63,061 nt of DNA, filler included, from 9 parts of 9 records of this genome joined end to end with filler, not necessarily neighbours in it; one strand, 5' to 3'; counted from the whole stretch's first letter, positions 11,932 through 24,264 are shown. Notes: a model not told the origin generated them from the letters alone. Numbers and translations: made by a program.

Positions 11932-13308
11932 ATGGCGCCAGTGGGCGGCCACTTCCTGGCCGATCGGGATGAGAAGCCGTGCCAACGCCCGGGGCGCAAG
12001 CTGCCCCGCATCCCCCGCTGGAGCACCGCCACCGGCCGGGTCAGCACCCCGGACCTCTGGAAGCCGGCCCAGGAGCCCATCAAGCCCCGGCCCTCACCGC
12101 GTGCCCACCTCACACCGCGCCAGCCCGCTCCGCCGGCCACCAGCCGGACCCACCAGCCGCCGCGTCGGCCTAGCCAGCAGCGGAACGGTGCGCTGACCCG
12201 GCCGGTCGAGGCTCAGCCCGGTCCGCAGGCGCGCTCACCCATCGGGAGCCCCGGACAGTCAAGTTAGCTGGCCGCAGCCTGGACGACATCAACGACAGGC
12301 CCGGGATGGGGCTTCCGGGGTACCGGGGGCACATGCACGGCGGGCACTTTACCTTTGGTGGGTCCCGGGCCACTGCCATGCGCCAGTACCCCAAGCCTGG
12401 CCAGCTGCCTGTCCTCGTCCGCCAGGGGCCGCCGCGAGCCGCGGTCTACTACAAGGACAGCGGTGCCAAAGGGCTGCGGCGGAACAGATCGTCGATACCG
12501 CTCGGCGATGAGCGTGTGGCGCACTTCGAGACAGTCATGTCGACAGAGTTTCCCGACTGGTCTCCTCAGAACGCGCTGCCTGGGCTCACGATAGAGCTAC
12601 AGTACCAGGACAGACCAGCCCTCACTGCAGCTGTCACTACCTCCTTCTTTTTGGTTAGCATCTCTGGTTTGAGAAGAGTTGCAATGAACTCATAGTAGTC
12701 AATCTCACCACCGAAGGACGTGTCATATCGGGCCATCAGCGCTGCGACTTCGAACTCGTCAAACTGCAGTCCAAACAAATCCAGCCTGCCGCGCTAAGAG
12801 GGTCATACGCTGTGAAAAGATCTGCTTTCTTATCGGCAAGGTGGGAATCAAGGAGCACAACGACTTGGTGTGGTCCCAAGGATTCACAGCCGAAGAGTGT
12901 CCAGTAGGGCAGAGGATCAAATTGCCTCCTGTCTCAAATAGTACTGTTGGCAAGTTGGCAAATGCCAGCTTCGGCAACGAAACAAAATCTGCAAAAGCCT
13001 CAGGCAGGATACATGTCACGCCTGATTCAACTATAATAGAAAACCTGGCAGCGGAGCCAGAAGCTGTAACATTGCAGAAAGTATTTGATGAATTGCCGTC
13101 TTCATGGAGTGATGATCAAAAGCGTGAGTTTGTCCGAGGAGTCTACAACTCGGAGGATGAGGGCCTCCAGGAATGTTGCTTTCCGAGCTGTGAACTGCCC
13201 AAGGATGTGCGCTCCGGTCCATTTTTTGGTACTGACAATCCTTGGTATTGGTTCGACCGAGCTACGCCTCTCTCAAAGATTGCTGGCATGCAATTTGCAT
13301 ACACGTGA
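11932..13308 (+). CDS. FAM166/CIMIP2-like PGYxGH-motif + EF-hand protein (possible ciliary microtubule inner protein), disrupted by an internal inversion
   Basis: PGYRGHMHGGHFTFG and SSIPLGD...FETVMSTEF on +; EF-hand ARYDTSFGGEIDYYEF on - at ~12630-12785; + coding resumes from ~12794 to the stop at 13308. Confidence 0.55.
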
Positions 13309-13569
13309 TTGTAACCAAGTACATAATAAAGTTTGCTTTGAAACCGAGGGCATGACAGTCGTGTACACGCGCATGTAACACGACCTCGCTGATGCGCTGA
13401 TGTTGTTCTATTGTTTACGTCGATTATTTTTACTTTTAATTAGCACTTGTCTGAACACTTGTCAAGGTATAACGCTCTCTTACTTGGTCGCGCATCTTAA
13501 GCAGCAATTTCTGCCACAGCAGGCGTAAGCATTTGCGGATTGGTAGCATTATGGTAGCATGCTCTACTC

Positions 13570-14564
13570 TTAGAGGCTATTTGATGCAAGCTTGCCTTCG
13601 CGTTGTTCTTCGGCTACAGGCTGGTTCGCTGGTACGTCGGGCAAATTGGGCTGATTCTCTGTAGGGTCCGCGACAGGGTCCGTGACAGGTACATCTGGTA
13701 GTGGATCTGTGACCGGCACATCTGGTAGTACTGGCGCCACCCCCCACTCCTGCCCGGCCCCCGTTAAGGCATTGGTGGGACCCCGAACCCCGCTGCAAGC
13801 TGCTACAGCAATCAGGCAAACAACTACCTGCTCCAGCGCTGCGAGGTCAGCCGCGGCTTGGTCGTTATCGTAGTCGCTTAATTGATCCGAGAGCACCGAG
13901 GCGATCTGATCTACGTATTCTATCCCCTCTGCCGCCTCATCCATGATCCTCTCCGCGTCCTCCACAGACAGCTCCTTCTGGAGAGCCTGAATAGCCTGAG
14001 CCGCCTTGTCACGCCGCCCAACTGCAGCCCAGCCCCACCTGGTTCCCGGCTTGAATCCCCTCAAACACTTGGATCTCAACTTTGGAGAACTCGTAGTCTG
14101 CGATCTGCAGACCGCGGTGGGCCCCGAGCGCCGCCAGGCCGCACCATCTGCTCCAAGTTGGCCAGCTGGTCGTCCGCCTTGCTGAACATGGACTCGTGCA
14201 GCTTAATTCGCTTCAGAAACACCAGCGCCCGTTTCTTCTTCTTAGCTCGATCGGCCTGCACCCAGTGTCATCACTCTGCCGGCGTCGCCGAGCCCGTGCC
14301 TCGCTGGCAGCATCCTTCATCTGCTTGGTCAGCTCACGCGCACGCTCACGATCGCCCGCCATCTTAACATCGAGCTGCAGCCAACAATCAGTGCCTGCGC
14401 TGGCCAGCAGCTCGCTAGGCCGCAGGCCGTACCTTCTTCTTGTATTTCCTCACAGTGTCGCGCGCACCTTTGAGTTCCAGCACTGCACGGTCCTGCGAGC
14501 TCACTTGTACCGTCGGCTGCGCTGGTTCTGGCGGTGGCTCGGCTTTCGAGCACGTCTTCCCCAT
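13570..14564 (-). CDS. VPS20: ESCRT-III subunit Vps20/CHMP6
   Basis: MGKTCSK myristoylation start; QDRAVLELKGARD, KKRALVFLKR, QLANLEQM|IADYEFSKVEIQVFEGIQAGN; C-terminal LPDVP; 5 introns. Confidence 0.9.
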
Positions 14565-14967
14565 GCGTGCGCTTCTACAGCGCCCGGCCCGGCCCTGATA
14601 CCTCTCAGTGTGGGCTGTGTGTGGCCTCCTCTCTCAGTCTGGCGATATCGATGATGATGTCAGCTCGCTGCAGGCGCCAACCCATCAGGCCGGCGCGAGT
14701 GTGGGGGCCGCTCGGAGGTACTGTAGCTCGGAGGCAGCGACCGCCCAGCTGAACGGCGGCTCGGCTTGCCCTGAGCCTAGAGTGGCGCTCTGGCGGGCGG
14801 GCACTCTGTGTGAAGTGGAGGTCCTAGTAAGGTCCTAGTGGCTGATCGACGGCTCAGAGCGCAGGTTAGAGCGTTAGAGTTGGTGCTGTTAGAAGTCAAC
14901 CTCTACGTACAACGCTTTGACAATAAAGATAACTGATTTTCCCGCTCGGAGTGGATATCTAGATTTA

Positions 14968-15865
14968 TTAGGATGTCTTCGATTGGGACAAGAGGTTGGA
15001 TAGTTCACTCACTTGGCTAGTCAATGAATCCAATTTTGTGTTTAGCGCTTTGTTGTGATCTTGCCTTATTTCGTTTCTCAAGTCTGAAGTTGTGTCGATT
15101 GGGAAAAACTCAATCGAATCTCGTGCCAAACAATTCTGCATATACAGCTCTTGCGGCGTGCATTCGTCCTTTTCTTGCTCCTTGGCCAGTCATACAATTT
15201 GAAACGAGCTAGCACGCCATATGCTTCGTCAAGAAGCAAGTGCAGCACCACCTGGGATCCAAATGTTAACCAAGAATACACTCAAGAGTCTCATAAGTAT
15301 GGTGACTCCCTCTGCCGACGAGTTTGAGCATGAATTCGGATTCAGTCAGCAAGAAGTGAGGGATCATCAGCATCAACTATTAAGTACTAAGCTTAAACGG
15401 CTGCATTTACCGTCCCGAGGGACACCGCAGACACCGCACGCATTGTCGCCTCAAAGTTGTTTGAACGATTTGGATGGTCGACCCGAATTTGACCTGCTGC
15501 CCGTGCATTCTCCGGTTCTGAGCCTGGTTTTCTTCCTCTTCGCGCTCCCAGTTTCGGTACATCTGGACCAAGGGCCAGTCTTCGTCGTGAACGCTGTCCG
15601 AAAGCGACGAGAAGGAGCGGCCTCGAGATCGGAGCTCCTTGTGTAGCACTTTGAAGGCGGTGTACTTGTGCTGCCGGGTGACTTCGAAGCAGCAGCTCTG
15701 AATACTGGGCGGCATCCCGCCCGCCGATGCGGCCAGAGGGTGGACCCAAAGGTCGGAATGCGTGAAGCCATTGCTGCACACGAAGCCGCAGCGGTCTGCA
15801 CCGTCGAGCGAACATGTGCACTCTAGTGCGATGACGTCGCCGTACCGCATCCAGGGGCTCTCCAT
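14968..15865 (-). pseudogene. ITPR: Collapsed/scrambled inositol-1,4,5-trisphosphate receptor-like channel gene (~0.9 kb left of a normally ~8-kb CDS)
   Basis: N-terminal suppressor domain (YGDVIAL...GFVCSNG...PPSIQSCCFEV...HGQQVKFGSTIQI); RIH-like piece (LKSLISMVT...RDHQHQLL) on the opposite strand; C-terminal KDECTPQELYMQNCLARDSIEFFP plus coiled coil and stop. Confidence 0.75.
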
Positions 15866-16045
15866 CAGCAGCAGCCGGGCTGCGGGGCGCCTCTCACCTC
15901 TGCATGTTGGGTAGCCAGGCCCAGCTCGCACAGCGCAGCAGCGTGCAGTGCTGCACGCTCCTTCGGCCTTTTTTGGAGCTCAACGGTAAATCGAGTGTTG
16001 AGATCTGCGGTCGGGTGCATGGTAAGAGGTAAACCAATTTATTAC

Positions 16046-16803
16046 TCAGCCCGGCGGCTTGTCGGCTGATTTCGACCGCTTGTGTGTTGGTTCCGGTATG
16101 TGGCTAAGGCCTTTCATAGGCTCGATCAACACCGGCTCGTTCACGTGAGCGGCCCGCGCCATCATCAGCCCGGTGTATGCCTCTGCGTTGTTGAACACAT
16201 CCGTCATTGAATTGGACACATCATGCGCCAACTGCCCGCCACTCATCCAGCCCAAGCACGCGGATACCTCGTAGCTCAGTGCGTCGATCCTGCGGATCCG
16301 CTCTCTGAACTCATCGAACCCTCCCTCGGACGGCGCCTGGTCCTCCCCGGCAGCCGCGCCCTCCGCCATGAAAGGGTGTCCATTGCTGCCCGGACTCGCC
16401 CCTCCAGGCTCGCAGCCCGCACCAGCACAGCATCTGCTGCTCCTGCAACAGGGCCTGCTGCCGGGCTTGCAGCTCCGCCAGGGAGGTCATCAGCTTGCTC
16501 TGGCTCTCATCTGCGCCGGCTCAACCGGCCCCGCAGCGTCCCCGCACTGAGCTGCGGCGACTGCATGGCTTCCACCGCCCGCTCGATCTGCTCGTACGAT
16601 TTCTCCCAGTCATCCTCCCCCGGCCCGGCGCTCTGGCCGGCCCTGTCGGGGGGCCCCGCCCGGCAACCGACCTCGCCCCGCTGCTCGCTCTTCCTGCGGC
16701 CCGGGCTGCCGGCCGAGTTAACGCTGGCAGTGCTCCCCCCGCGCTTCTCCTCGTCCACCCGCCCCCGGAACCAAGGCCGGCTGCCGGGTATCGTCGAGGC
16801 CAT
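16046..16803 (-). CDS. Multi-exon hypothetical protein
   Basis: ORFs 16507-16851 and 16046-16369 joinable by short introns; head-to-head with the kinesin. Confidence 0.45.
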
Positions 16804-16983
16804 CGACTCGCCGCGCTCGCCGCGGGGGTGCAGCGCAGACAGAGTTGTCAACGGACAACGTTAACGGCATTCAGAGCGATTCGGTGAAAATGCTGTCAGA
16901 GCTTCGGACTGAGCTGTTTGGGCGCAGGTGCTGCGGGCATTGCCACTGGGGTTTGGGTGTCAGGGTCCAGCCTCAGATAAACC

Positions 16984-19900
16984 ATGGTGCCAGCCGGGCC
17001 GGCCGGCCCGATGACCCGTGGGGCAGTCCAAAGGCAAGGACATTCATGGGGCGGTCAAGCGCACAATGGCGCTCGAGAACCCGATGCAACTGGTCAACGA
17101 CGCCGGGATCGACGAGCTGCTCCAGATCGCGCGGATGGGCGTCGACGGCGGTGAGGCCAACTGCCTGGAGATACTGGCCGAGCTGAAGCCTTTCGTCAAG
17201 CACGAGAATCCAAAGCCGGTTCTGGCCGGGCTAAAAGTTCTGGAGGAGATGATGCGGAGTGGCCCGCGCAAGTTCCAAAAGTGCGTGGCCGGCGAGGAGT
17301 GGATGCGCCGTCTGGGGAAGATCGTGTACAACTCCAAGGAGCCCATGCTGAAGATGACCGTGCTTCAGCTGCTCGGCAACTGGCGGGACGAGTACAAGAA
17401 CGACCCGGAGATGCATTGGCTGGCCGACAAGTGCCGCGAGCTCACAGATAGCGGGAACACGGTGCCATGCGGGTCGCCCGAGCAAGTCCGGAAGCGCGAG
17501 GTGCGTGCTGGTTGGGTGTCACGTGACAGTGTCGCAGGTCAAAGGCTCACCCCACAAGGGGAATTTCGAGGAGAGGATCCACCGGCTGATCGAGGAATCG
17601 CCGATGAACATGCTCGACGACGACGGGATCACAGAGCTCTGCCTGCTGGTGCTGGCCACAGACGAAGTCGGCGTGAGGTGCGTGCGCCGGTCGACTGAGT
17701 GTGGACTGAGTGTGCTTGCGACAGCTCTGTGCTCAAAGCTCTCAAGCCGTTCGTCAAGGTGGCCCGCGCTGTCGCGCCCAGCTGACCGCGTGCGCCAGAA
17801 CCTGAAGCAGCCCAAGCACTCGCTGGCTGGGCTCACCATCCTGGATGAACTCGTCAAGCGGAACAAGAATCACCTGGTGCACAAGGTCGGCCGCGTTGGC
17901 AGGCCGGCGCGAGCCAGCTGTACAGGGGATCGCCACAGAGGAGTGGATGAACCGGCTGATCCGGCTGCACAACGAAACTGCCGATGGCCCTGTCAAAATG
18001 AAGGTGTCTTACCACGCGCCACTGAATGGTTAATCTGGCATTCGATTCAGAGATTTGCAGCCGCTCAGACCCGTTGCGGCAGGTGCTCCAGCTCATGGTG
18101 AACTGGCGTGAACAATTCAAAAACAAGGCCGAGCTGACTGCCGTCTCGCGTGCCTGTGCCCAGCTGTATGCGGCCGGTGTCACGCTACCCCCCGTTATGG
18201 ACAGCACGCGGGTGGACGGATCAATGGAAGGCCGACAGGTCCGTAGCGGCTGTCCGGCGGCGGTGACTTGGCTGGTCAGGTGCTCGGCCCGGACGGTAAG
18301 GTCATGGACTTGGCGCCGTCGGATCGCGGGAGGGCCGCGGAGCCCACCGGCAAACCGCTCAAGCTGACAGAAGCCAAACTGGCGCCTATGTACTCGTGCC
18401 ACGGGTCGGACGACTTCGGGACCATCCACTGGACGCTCGACCAGCTGCTGCACGGCTCGAGTGAAGTCGGCACGATCTGGAACCCGATGGACGTTGTCAG
18501 AGGATGCGACCCAGCCGGCTTCCTGGGCAAGCTGGCTGATGTCGGGATCAAGGGCCCGCCTGTGTCTGGCGGCTCGGAGGACGATGGCGAGGTCAACACT
18601 GTAGCGCATCAGAGGCTCAAACAGAGCGAGCAGTATTGGAAGAACAAAGCGACTGCCCTCGACAAGAAGCTGCAGCACGGAGGGTGCGGAGGCTGGCCGC
18701 GCTGGCGCTGAATTGTTTGGTGTTTAGGTCGCCCGTCAAGGCCAAGGAGTACAAAGTGTCCGAAGGGATTGACCTGGAAGGGAAGAACCTGGAGCTTCAG
18801 CAGCTCGTGGACCAGCTACAGGACCAGATCAAGACAGTCCAAGCCGCGCAGGCATCGAGCTCCGATGGCAACTCGTCGCTGCTTGCACGGGAGCTGGACG
18901 ACATCAAGTCCAAGAACAAGGATCTGGCCAAGAAGCTCAAAAAGGCCGAGGGAGAGATCCACAACTTGAACATGGAACAGGCCAACGCAATGGAGGGCCA
19001 GTCCGGGGAGGCTAAGGCCCTCCACGACAAGTACAAGAAGGTGGACGCTGCCCGACGGGAGGCTGAAGCGGAGGTTGAGGATTTGAAGGCTGTCATGGAG
19101 AAGAGCAAACAGGCCGCTTCGGGCGGGGCAGATTCTGCAGCACTGCAGGCCGAACTCGAGACCCTGCAGATTGAGCACAATGCCACCCAGCGCAAATTCG
19201 AGGAGATCGAGCTTGCTCTCGACATGGCCAACGCTGAGAAAGAGCAGCTGGCCAGTAAAGTGGGCAGAGTGGCTGGTCCCAAATTCCAGTCGATGGCGCT
19301 CAAGACGCATGCCAACGCGACAGACCTCAAGTCAGACTACACTCGTCTCCGTTCATTCGCCGGTGATTCGCTGCGTGAGATGTCAACTGCAATCACAACA
19401 GTCGAGACGACGCTGGTGAATCAACTCAAGCTCTCGGAGTCGCTGGTGCAAGGCGCCATCCGCGAGCGCGAGGAACTGCGCCAGCTCTACAAGGTCGAGG
19501 TAAAGAAGCGCAAGAAGCTGTACAATGCACTGCAAGAGCTGCGTGGCAACCTTCGGGTGTACTGCCGCATGCGCCCGCTCAACGCGAGAGAGCTGGAAGA
19601 CCAAGGGGGCCAAAACTTCTTCACCATCAACGACGAAGGGGAAGAGCTGCACGTCGCCGAGCGCAACGCTAAGGGCGTTGGGAAGCGAAAATTCGAGTTT
19701 GACCAGGTGCTTGGGGCCAACTCGACACAAGAATTGGTCTACAGTACGGTGGCGCCACTGATTTCGTCTGTGCTAGACGGATACAATGTGTGCATCTTTG
19801 CATATGGGCAAACTGGATCTGGTAAGACGTACACCATGGAAGGGCCTGACGATAGTCCTGGTATTTCCAAGCGTGCTGTGGGCGACCTTTTCGCACAAAT

Positions 19901-20683
19901 CGATGAGCGCACTGAAGACGAGGATTTCGAGGTGGAACTTTCGATGTTGGAAATCTACAACGAAGCAATCAGAGATCTGTTAGATCCGCAGGATAAGAAG
20001 CTGGAACGGATCCAACTCGACAAGAACCTTGGAGTGGTAGTGGATGGCCTTTCCCAGGAGCCAGTGAGCAGCCAAAAGGATATCGAGAATGCCGTGGCAC
20101 GTGGACAGAAGAACCGATCAACTGCCTGCACGAACATGAACGAGCACTCTTCTCGATCTCATCTTATTCTAAGATTGTACATCAAGAGTACCAACAAGAC
20201 CTCTGGGGATGTCGCACATGCAAAGCTATCCCTGGTTGACTTGGTGTGCCGCACAATCCTCCTATAGTAGTTCATTTGATTATGCTTGGACTGTAGTCTG
20301 ATGATAGGAACCCACCATATTGAGCTCTCCTTTGGCAGGCTGGTTCCGAGCGGGTGAAGAAGAGTGGAGCCGAAGGCAAAGCCATGGCTGAAGCTCAAGG
20401 AATCAACAAGTCTCTTGCAGCCTTGGGCAATGTTGTTCGGTCGCTCGCCACAAATCAAGGCCACGTTCCGTACCGCAACACCAAGCTCACACACGTGCTG
20501 TCTGATTCTCTGGGTGGCGATGCAAAGACTCTCATGTTTGCCAACATCAACCCAGCCGAGATGCACATTCCTGAGACACTGTGCACTCTGAACTTTGCAG
20601 TGCAAGCCAAGTCTGTGGCAACAGGCCAAGTGAAGAAGAATGTAACAAAGGCTGGCGGCAAAAAGAAGGCCGCAGCCAAGTAG
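16984..20683 (+). CDS. C-terminal-motor kinesin (kinesin-14/KIFC-like) with two N-terminal VHS/ENTH-like domains and a coiled coil
   Basis: 9 GT-AG introns give one frame; LYNALQELRGNLRVYCR neck, AYGQTGSGKT, NEHSSRSH, LVDL|AGSER, HVPYRNTKLT; two VHS-like repeats (LKPFVK...P...LAGL..L.E...EEWM.RL...K..VLQL..NW). Confidence 0.9.
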
Positions 20684-21047
20684 TGTGCGAGTAGCCTCCG
20701 ATTCCGAGCTCCAACAAACTTGTACAAACACTGCTTACCAGCATGCAGGCACGACTGCTTGGACCTTGCACTAGTTGATGTCACAGACTGTGGCTCTGGT
20801 ATCTAGAGAATCCCGAGACACAAACAAAATTGCATCTAGCTTGATCTAGCCACAATTTCAAGAGCTCCAAAATTTGATTAAATTAATCATGAAATAGAAG
20901 CTTTAGAAGCTGCTTCATATACGTATTCAACTTTATACCGTTTAACATAATTGAACTTTGATTCCAGTAGATTCCAGATCTTTGATACACGTTTGATATC
21001 TAGATCTAGATGGCAAGCTTGGTATTACCAAGCCGTTACCGAGCCGT

Positions 21048-21802
21048 TCACTGGATTGCGCACTCCTCGCTCGCCGGGAAGCTCTCTGAGCTCGCCAGCA
21101 CCGCCGGCGAGACCGCTGCCCCGCCCGCTGGCACGAACTGAGCTCCGGCCTGCCGACTCCGCCGGAGCAACGCTTGGCCCCTCTGGACAGTGTCGGCATT
21201 GTACACTTGGAGCGCTTCGTCCACAGAGCCCGCGGCCTCAAAAGCTCGCCTGATCGCCACAGCGTCGAGCATGGCGGTGTACGCTCCGGCTCCAGTGCGA
21301 GGGGAGGACATGTGCGCCGCGTCGCCGAGCAGCACCAGCCGGCGGCGGACCACAGTGCTGGCTGCCATCTCCCACACTGGGTGCTGTGACAGCTTGCCTG
21401 CTCGAGCGCAGTCCTCCCAGAACTTTGCGTTGGCGGAACCAAACAGCTTGCGGACCAGCGGGAGGAACCACTCGGGGGTGTGCCGAGGCTGGCTGGCCAC
21501 CTGCCGGTTCACGGTCGGCTTGCTCACTTCGGCTTCGGGGGTCGCCATGTAGATCCCGCAGTTCCACAGGCTCTTCCCACCGGGACCAGCGCATGGAAAG
21601 CCCAACGTCTCGTAGTAGGCCCCCGCGCACCGGGCCGACCCGGACGGCGGGCCGGCGATTCCTTCGGTCGGCACGAGTCCCCTCCAGACTGTGTAGCCGG
21701 CGTACTCGGGTTGCTGGTCAGTAACCCAACCTCGGACTACCGACCGGCCCCCATCCGCGCCCACTATCAAGTCGAACCGACGGTCCACCGGCGGATCGCA
21801 TT
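21048..21802 (-). CDS. FAD-dependent monooxygenase (DHPH/salicylate hydroxylase-like), 5'-truncated by contig end
   Basis: DLIVGADGGRSVVR, YAGYTVWRGLVP, LLGDAAH...PRTGAGA motifs. Confidence 0.85.
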
Positions 21803-21902
21803 NNNNNNNNNNNNNNNNNNNNNNNNNNNNNNNNNNNNNNNNNNNNTTAATTAATTAANNNNNNNNNNNNNNNNNNNNNNNNNNNNNNNNNNNNNNNNNN
21901 NN
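21803..21902. other. Artificial contig linker
   Basis: N44-TTAATTAATTAA-N44. Confidence 0.98.
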
Positions 21903-22804
21903 GCCCGAGTGTTGGAAAGCGTGGTGTTGCCGCCCGAGCGCGTGTAGCCGCCTCCGCCACTGTAGATGATGCTCTGCCGAATATTCGAGAATGCACAGTG
22001 TGAGACTACGGTGCTCTCACAGCCGGTCAGTGTGATGGCACTGCCATGCATGGCATCGTCGAACACGGTGTTCTCGATTCTTGTGCCATCCGTGCGAGTA
22101 AAGTAGATGTGATGCGCAAAGTTGCAGTACCAAGCGTAACGCTCGCCTCCGCAGCGCAAGCTGTGATTCCGCAGCGACTCGCCGTCCCCGAAGCCAGTGT
22201 ACTCAGGATTGGCCACGTGAGACAGCGTGCTGTTCACCACCGCAACGTCCCTCCAATCCTCCACCATCAAACAGCCGAAATTCTGGTCGTGGATGTGTAG
22301 CCGGAGCAGCTGCAACCCCGAGCTGACGTTCCCCGCACTGCCGCCCACGCTCACCACGTCCAGCCCGACGGCCGACTGGCGCAGCGCGCTCGCCCCGCTC
22401 AGGCGGCCGTTTGGGTCCCGTCGTCCGTCGATCTCCATGTCGTGGAAGCTGAGGTTGTTCAGCGCCGGCCCGCCCGGTGCCGGCCCGGCGGTGAGCATCG
22501 CCTTGGACGTGTCGGGCCGGATCCCGAGAGCGTCGCAGTTGGCGCTGAAGTTGGCCGCCGCGAGCAGAGTGGCCGGCTGGCCCGGGGCGCCTCCCAAGCT
22601 GAGGTGGCTGGCCTGCACTTGAATTGGCCGATTGATCACGTAGATTAGCGGTCGCAGCGTGACGCTGCGCACAATCTTGTACGGCTCGCCGGGCATCGCC
22701 GCCCGCAGCACTTCGGGCGCCGCTTCCCAGGCTATCGGGCGGATCCCGAGCGCGCGCTGGGGTAGCACTAGAGCCAAGACCAGCCAAAGCCGACCTGTCG
22801 GCAT
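21903..22804 (-). CDS. Secreted right-handed beta-helix (pectin-lyase fold) protein, 3'-truncated
   Basis: Signal peptide; NNLSFHDMEIDG, HHIYF, ENTVFDD..HGSAI type beta-helix repeats. Confidence 0.65.
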
Positions 22805-23071
22805 GGCAGTTGCCTGCCCGGAGATCGTGCCGTTGCAAGCGACTGGGCTGAAGGCGGACTGGACTCTGTTTGGGGGCTCGGTTTGCCTCTTCCGTCGTGG
22901 CCGGTGGTGTCAAAGTAATAAATTTAATAATATGAGTAACACATTTAGGAATATGCATGGTTTCCCTCATCAAGCTCCTCATCGACTTGTAAGTAACTTG
23001 TAAGCGCACAAAGCACAATCCCATTTGGTTGAAATCAGTTGAATCGGTTCGGTCCGGGCGGAGTATTCGTA

Positions 23072-24123
23072 TCACAGCTGCAGCCCGATCGTGTTCTCGG
23101 ACAAAGCCAACCCGACCGAGGCGCAGGTTGGGTCGTGTGTCAGTTCCTTGTCCGACCCAACATACACGCGCCTGCCGGTTTCAAGCCCGCCCGCCACCCG
23201 AACCTCTCCTGCCCATTGGCATTGAGCTGCAGCACCAGCCTGGGAGGAGGCGTGGTCGTGCGTGGCAAACCCGGCCACGTCGCAGCCGGCCCAGTAGGGG
23301 TCGCCGTGGAGCTGGACTGTGCCCATGGTCGAGAACTGGTTCTGGTGCACCAGCAGCCACTTGGAAGGCGAGAGCACCAGCACGTCCGTCTCCGGCCTCT
23401 GGGAACTCGACGATAGGATTATATCCTTCTGACGAGATGAGGTAGCACTCTGCCAGAATTGCATGTTGCTGATACCTGGGCCGACGTGAGCAAACGTGTT
23501 CACTGGTGTCAAAGCAACAGTCCTCCGCCCGTTCTCATCTGACGTAACCAGACGGCCAATCCTGCCCTGGATCTCCCACCTCCCGCCATCCGTGGCACAG
23601 GCACCATAGGTTTCACGAGCACAGCTTTGCCCAAACGAGCGGCTGTACACCAGGAGGAAGTGGGAACTGCTCAGCTTGTGCGTTCTCAGGTTTTTGAACG
23701 CAGTACTGCCACTGAGAAACGACACCGAGGCGCCCAAGGTGGCTGTCGTCTGGTCGATCTGCCCGACGTGCACGAATGTGCTGTACGCCAGAATGAAGGT
23801 GTTCTCAGTCAAAACCGTGATCGAGAATCCACCTGAGGAGGCCGGAACTGTATGTCTCGGCCGGCGAAACCAATCACTCCGACGTGGGCAAACAGGACGG
23901 TGAGACAGATGGCGTACGTGACCAGCACTGCGATCAGGAGCATGGCCGGCCGGTCAGCGTGGAAGTCGCAGTCCAGGCCCCAGCCGCCCGGCGCCTGGAG
24001 CCGCACCGACTGGCGGGGCGACACCGGGTTGTCCTCCAGGTCGACTGCCGGACCGCCGAGCTCTTCGTCGTTGTCGACTGGCACCCTCGCATCGGCCGGC
24101 ACCCGTGCCCAATCCCGCGCCAT
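23072..24123 (-). CDS. Single-pass membrane protein with beta-rich extracellular region; frame break near 23860-23885
   Basis: TM LLIAVLVTYAICLTVLFAHVG, then a different frame carrying ITVLTENTFILAY / LSSSHFLLVY repeats and a GLETGRRVYV...VGLALS C-terminus. Confidence 0.5.
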
Positions 24124-24264
24124 GCCCGCGTCCGGCTCGGCGGTGTCCGGTCGCTTGCTCTCTCCGGCCCAATCTCGCCACCAGCAGCTTGAGATAGCAG
24201 AAGACGGTGAAATCTGCGGTGTCAAAAAAAGTGAAACCCGCCAGCACGTTCAAAAAGCTGAGCG

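Noticed and set aside
12794-12935. Minus-strand frame (…DSHLADKKADLFTAYDPLS) as the true coding strand
   Set aside because: It is the exact antisense register of the + frame; third-position GC and first-position purine bias favour +, though not decisively.
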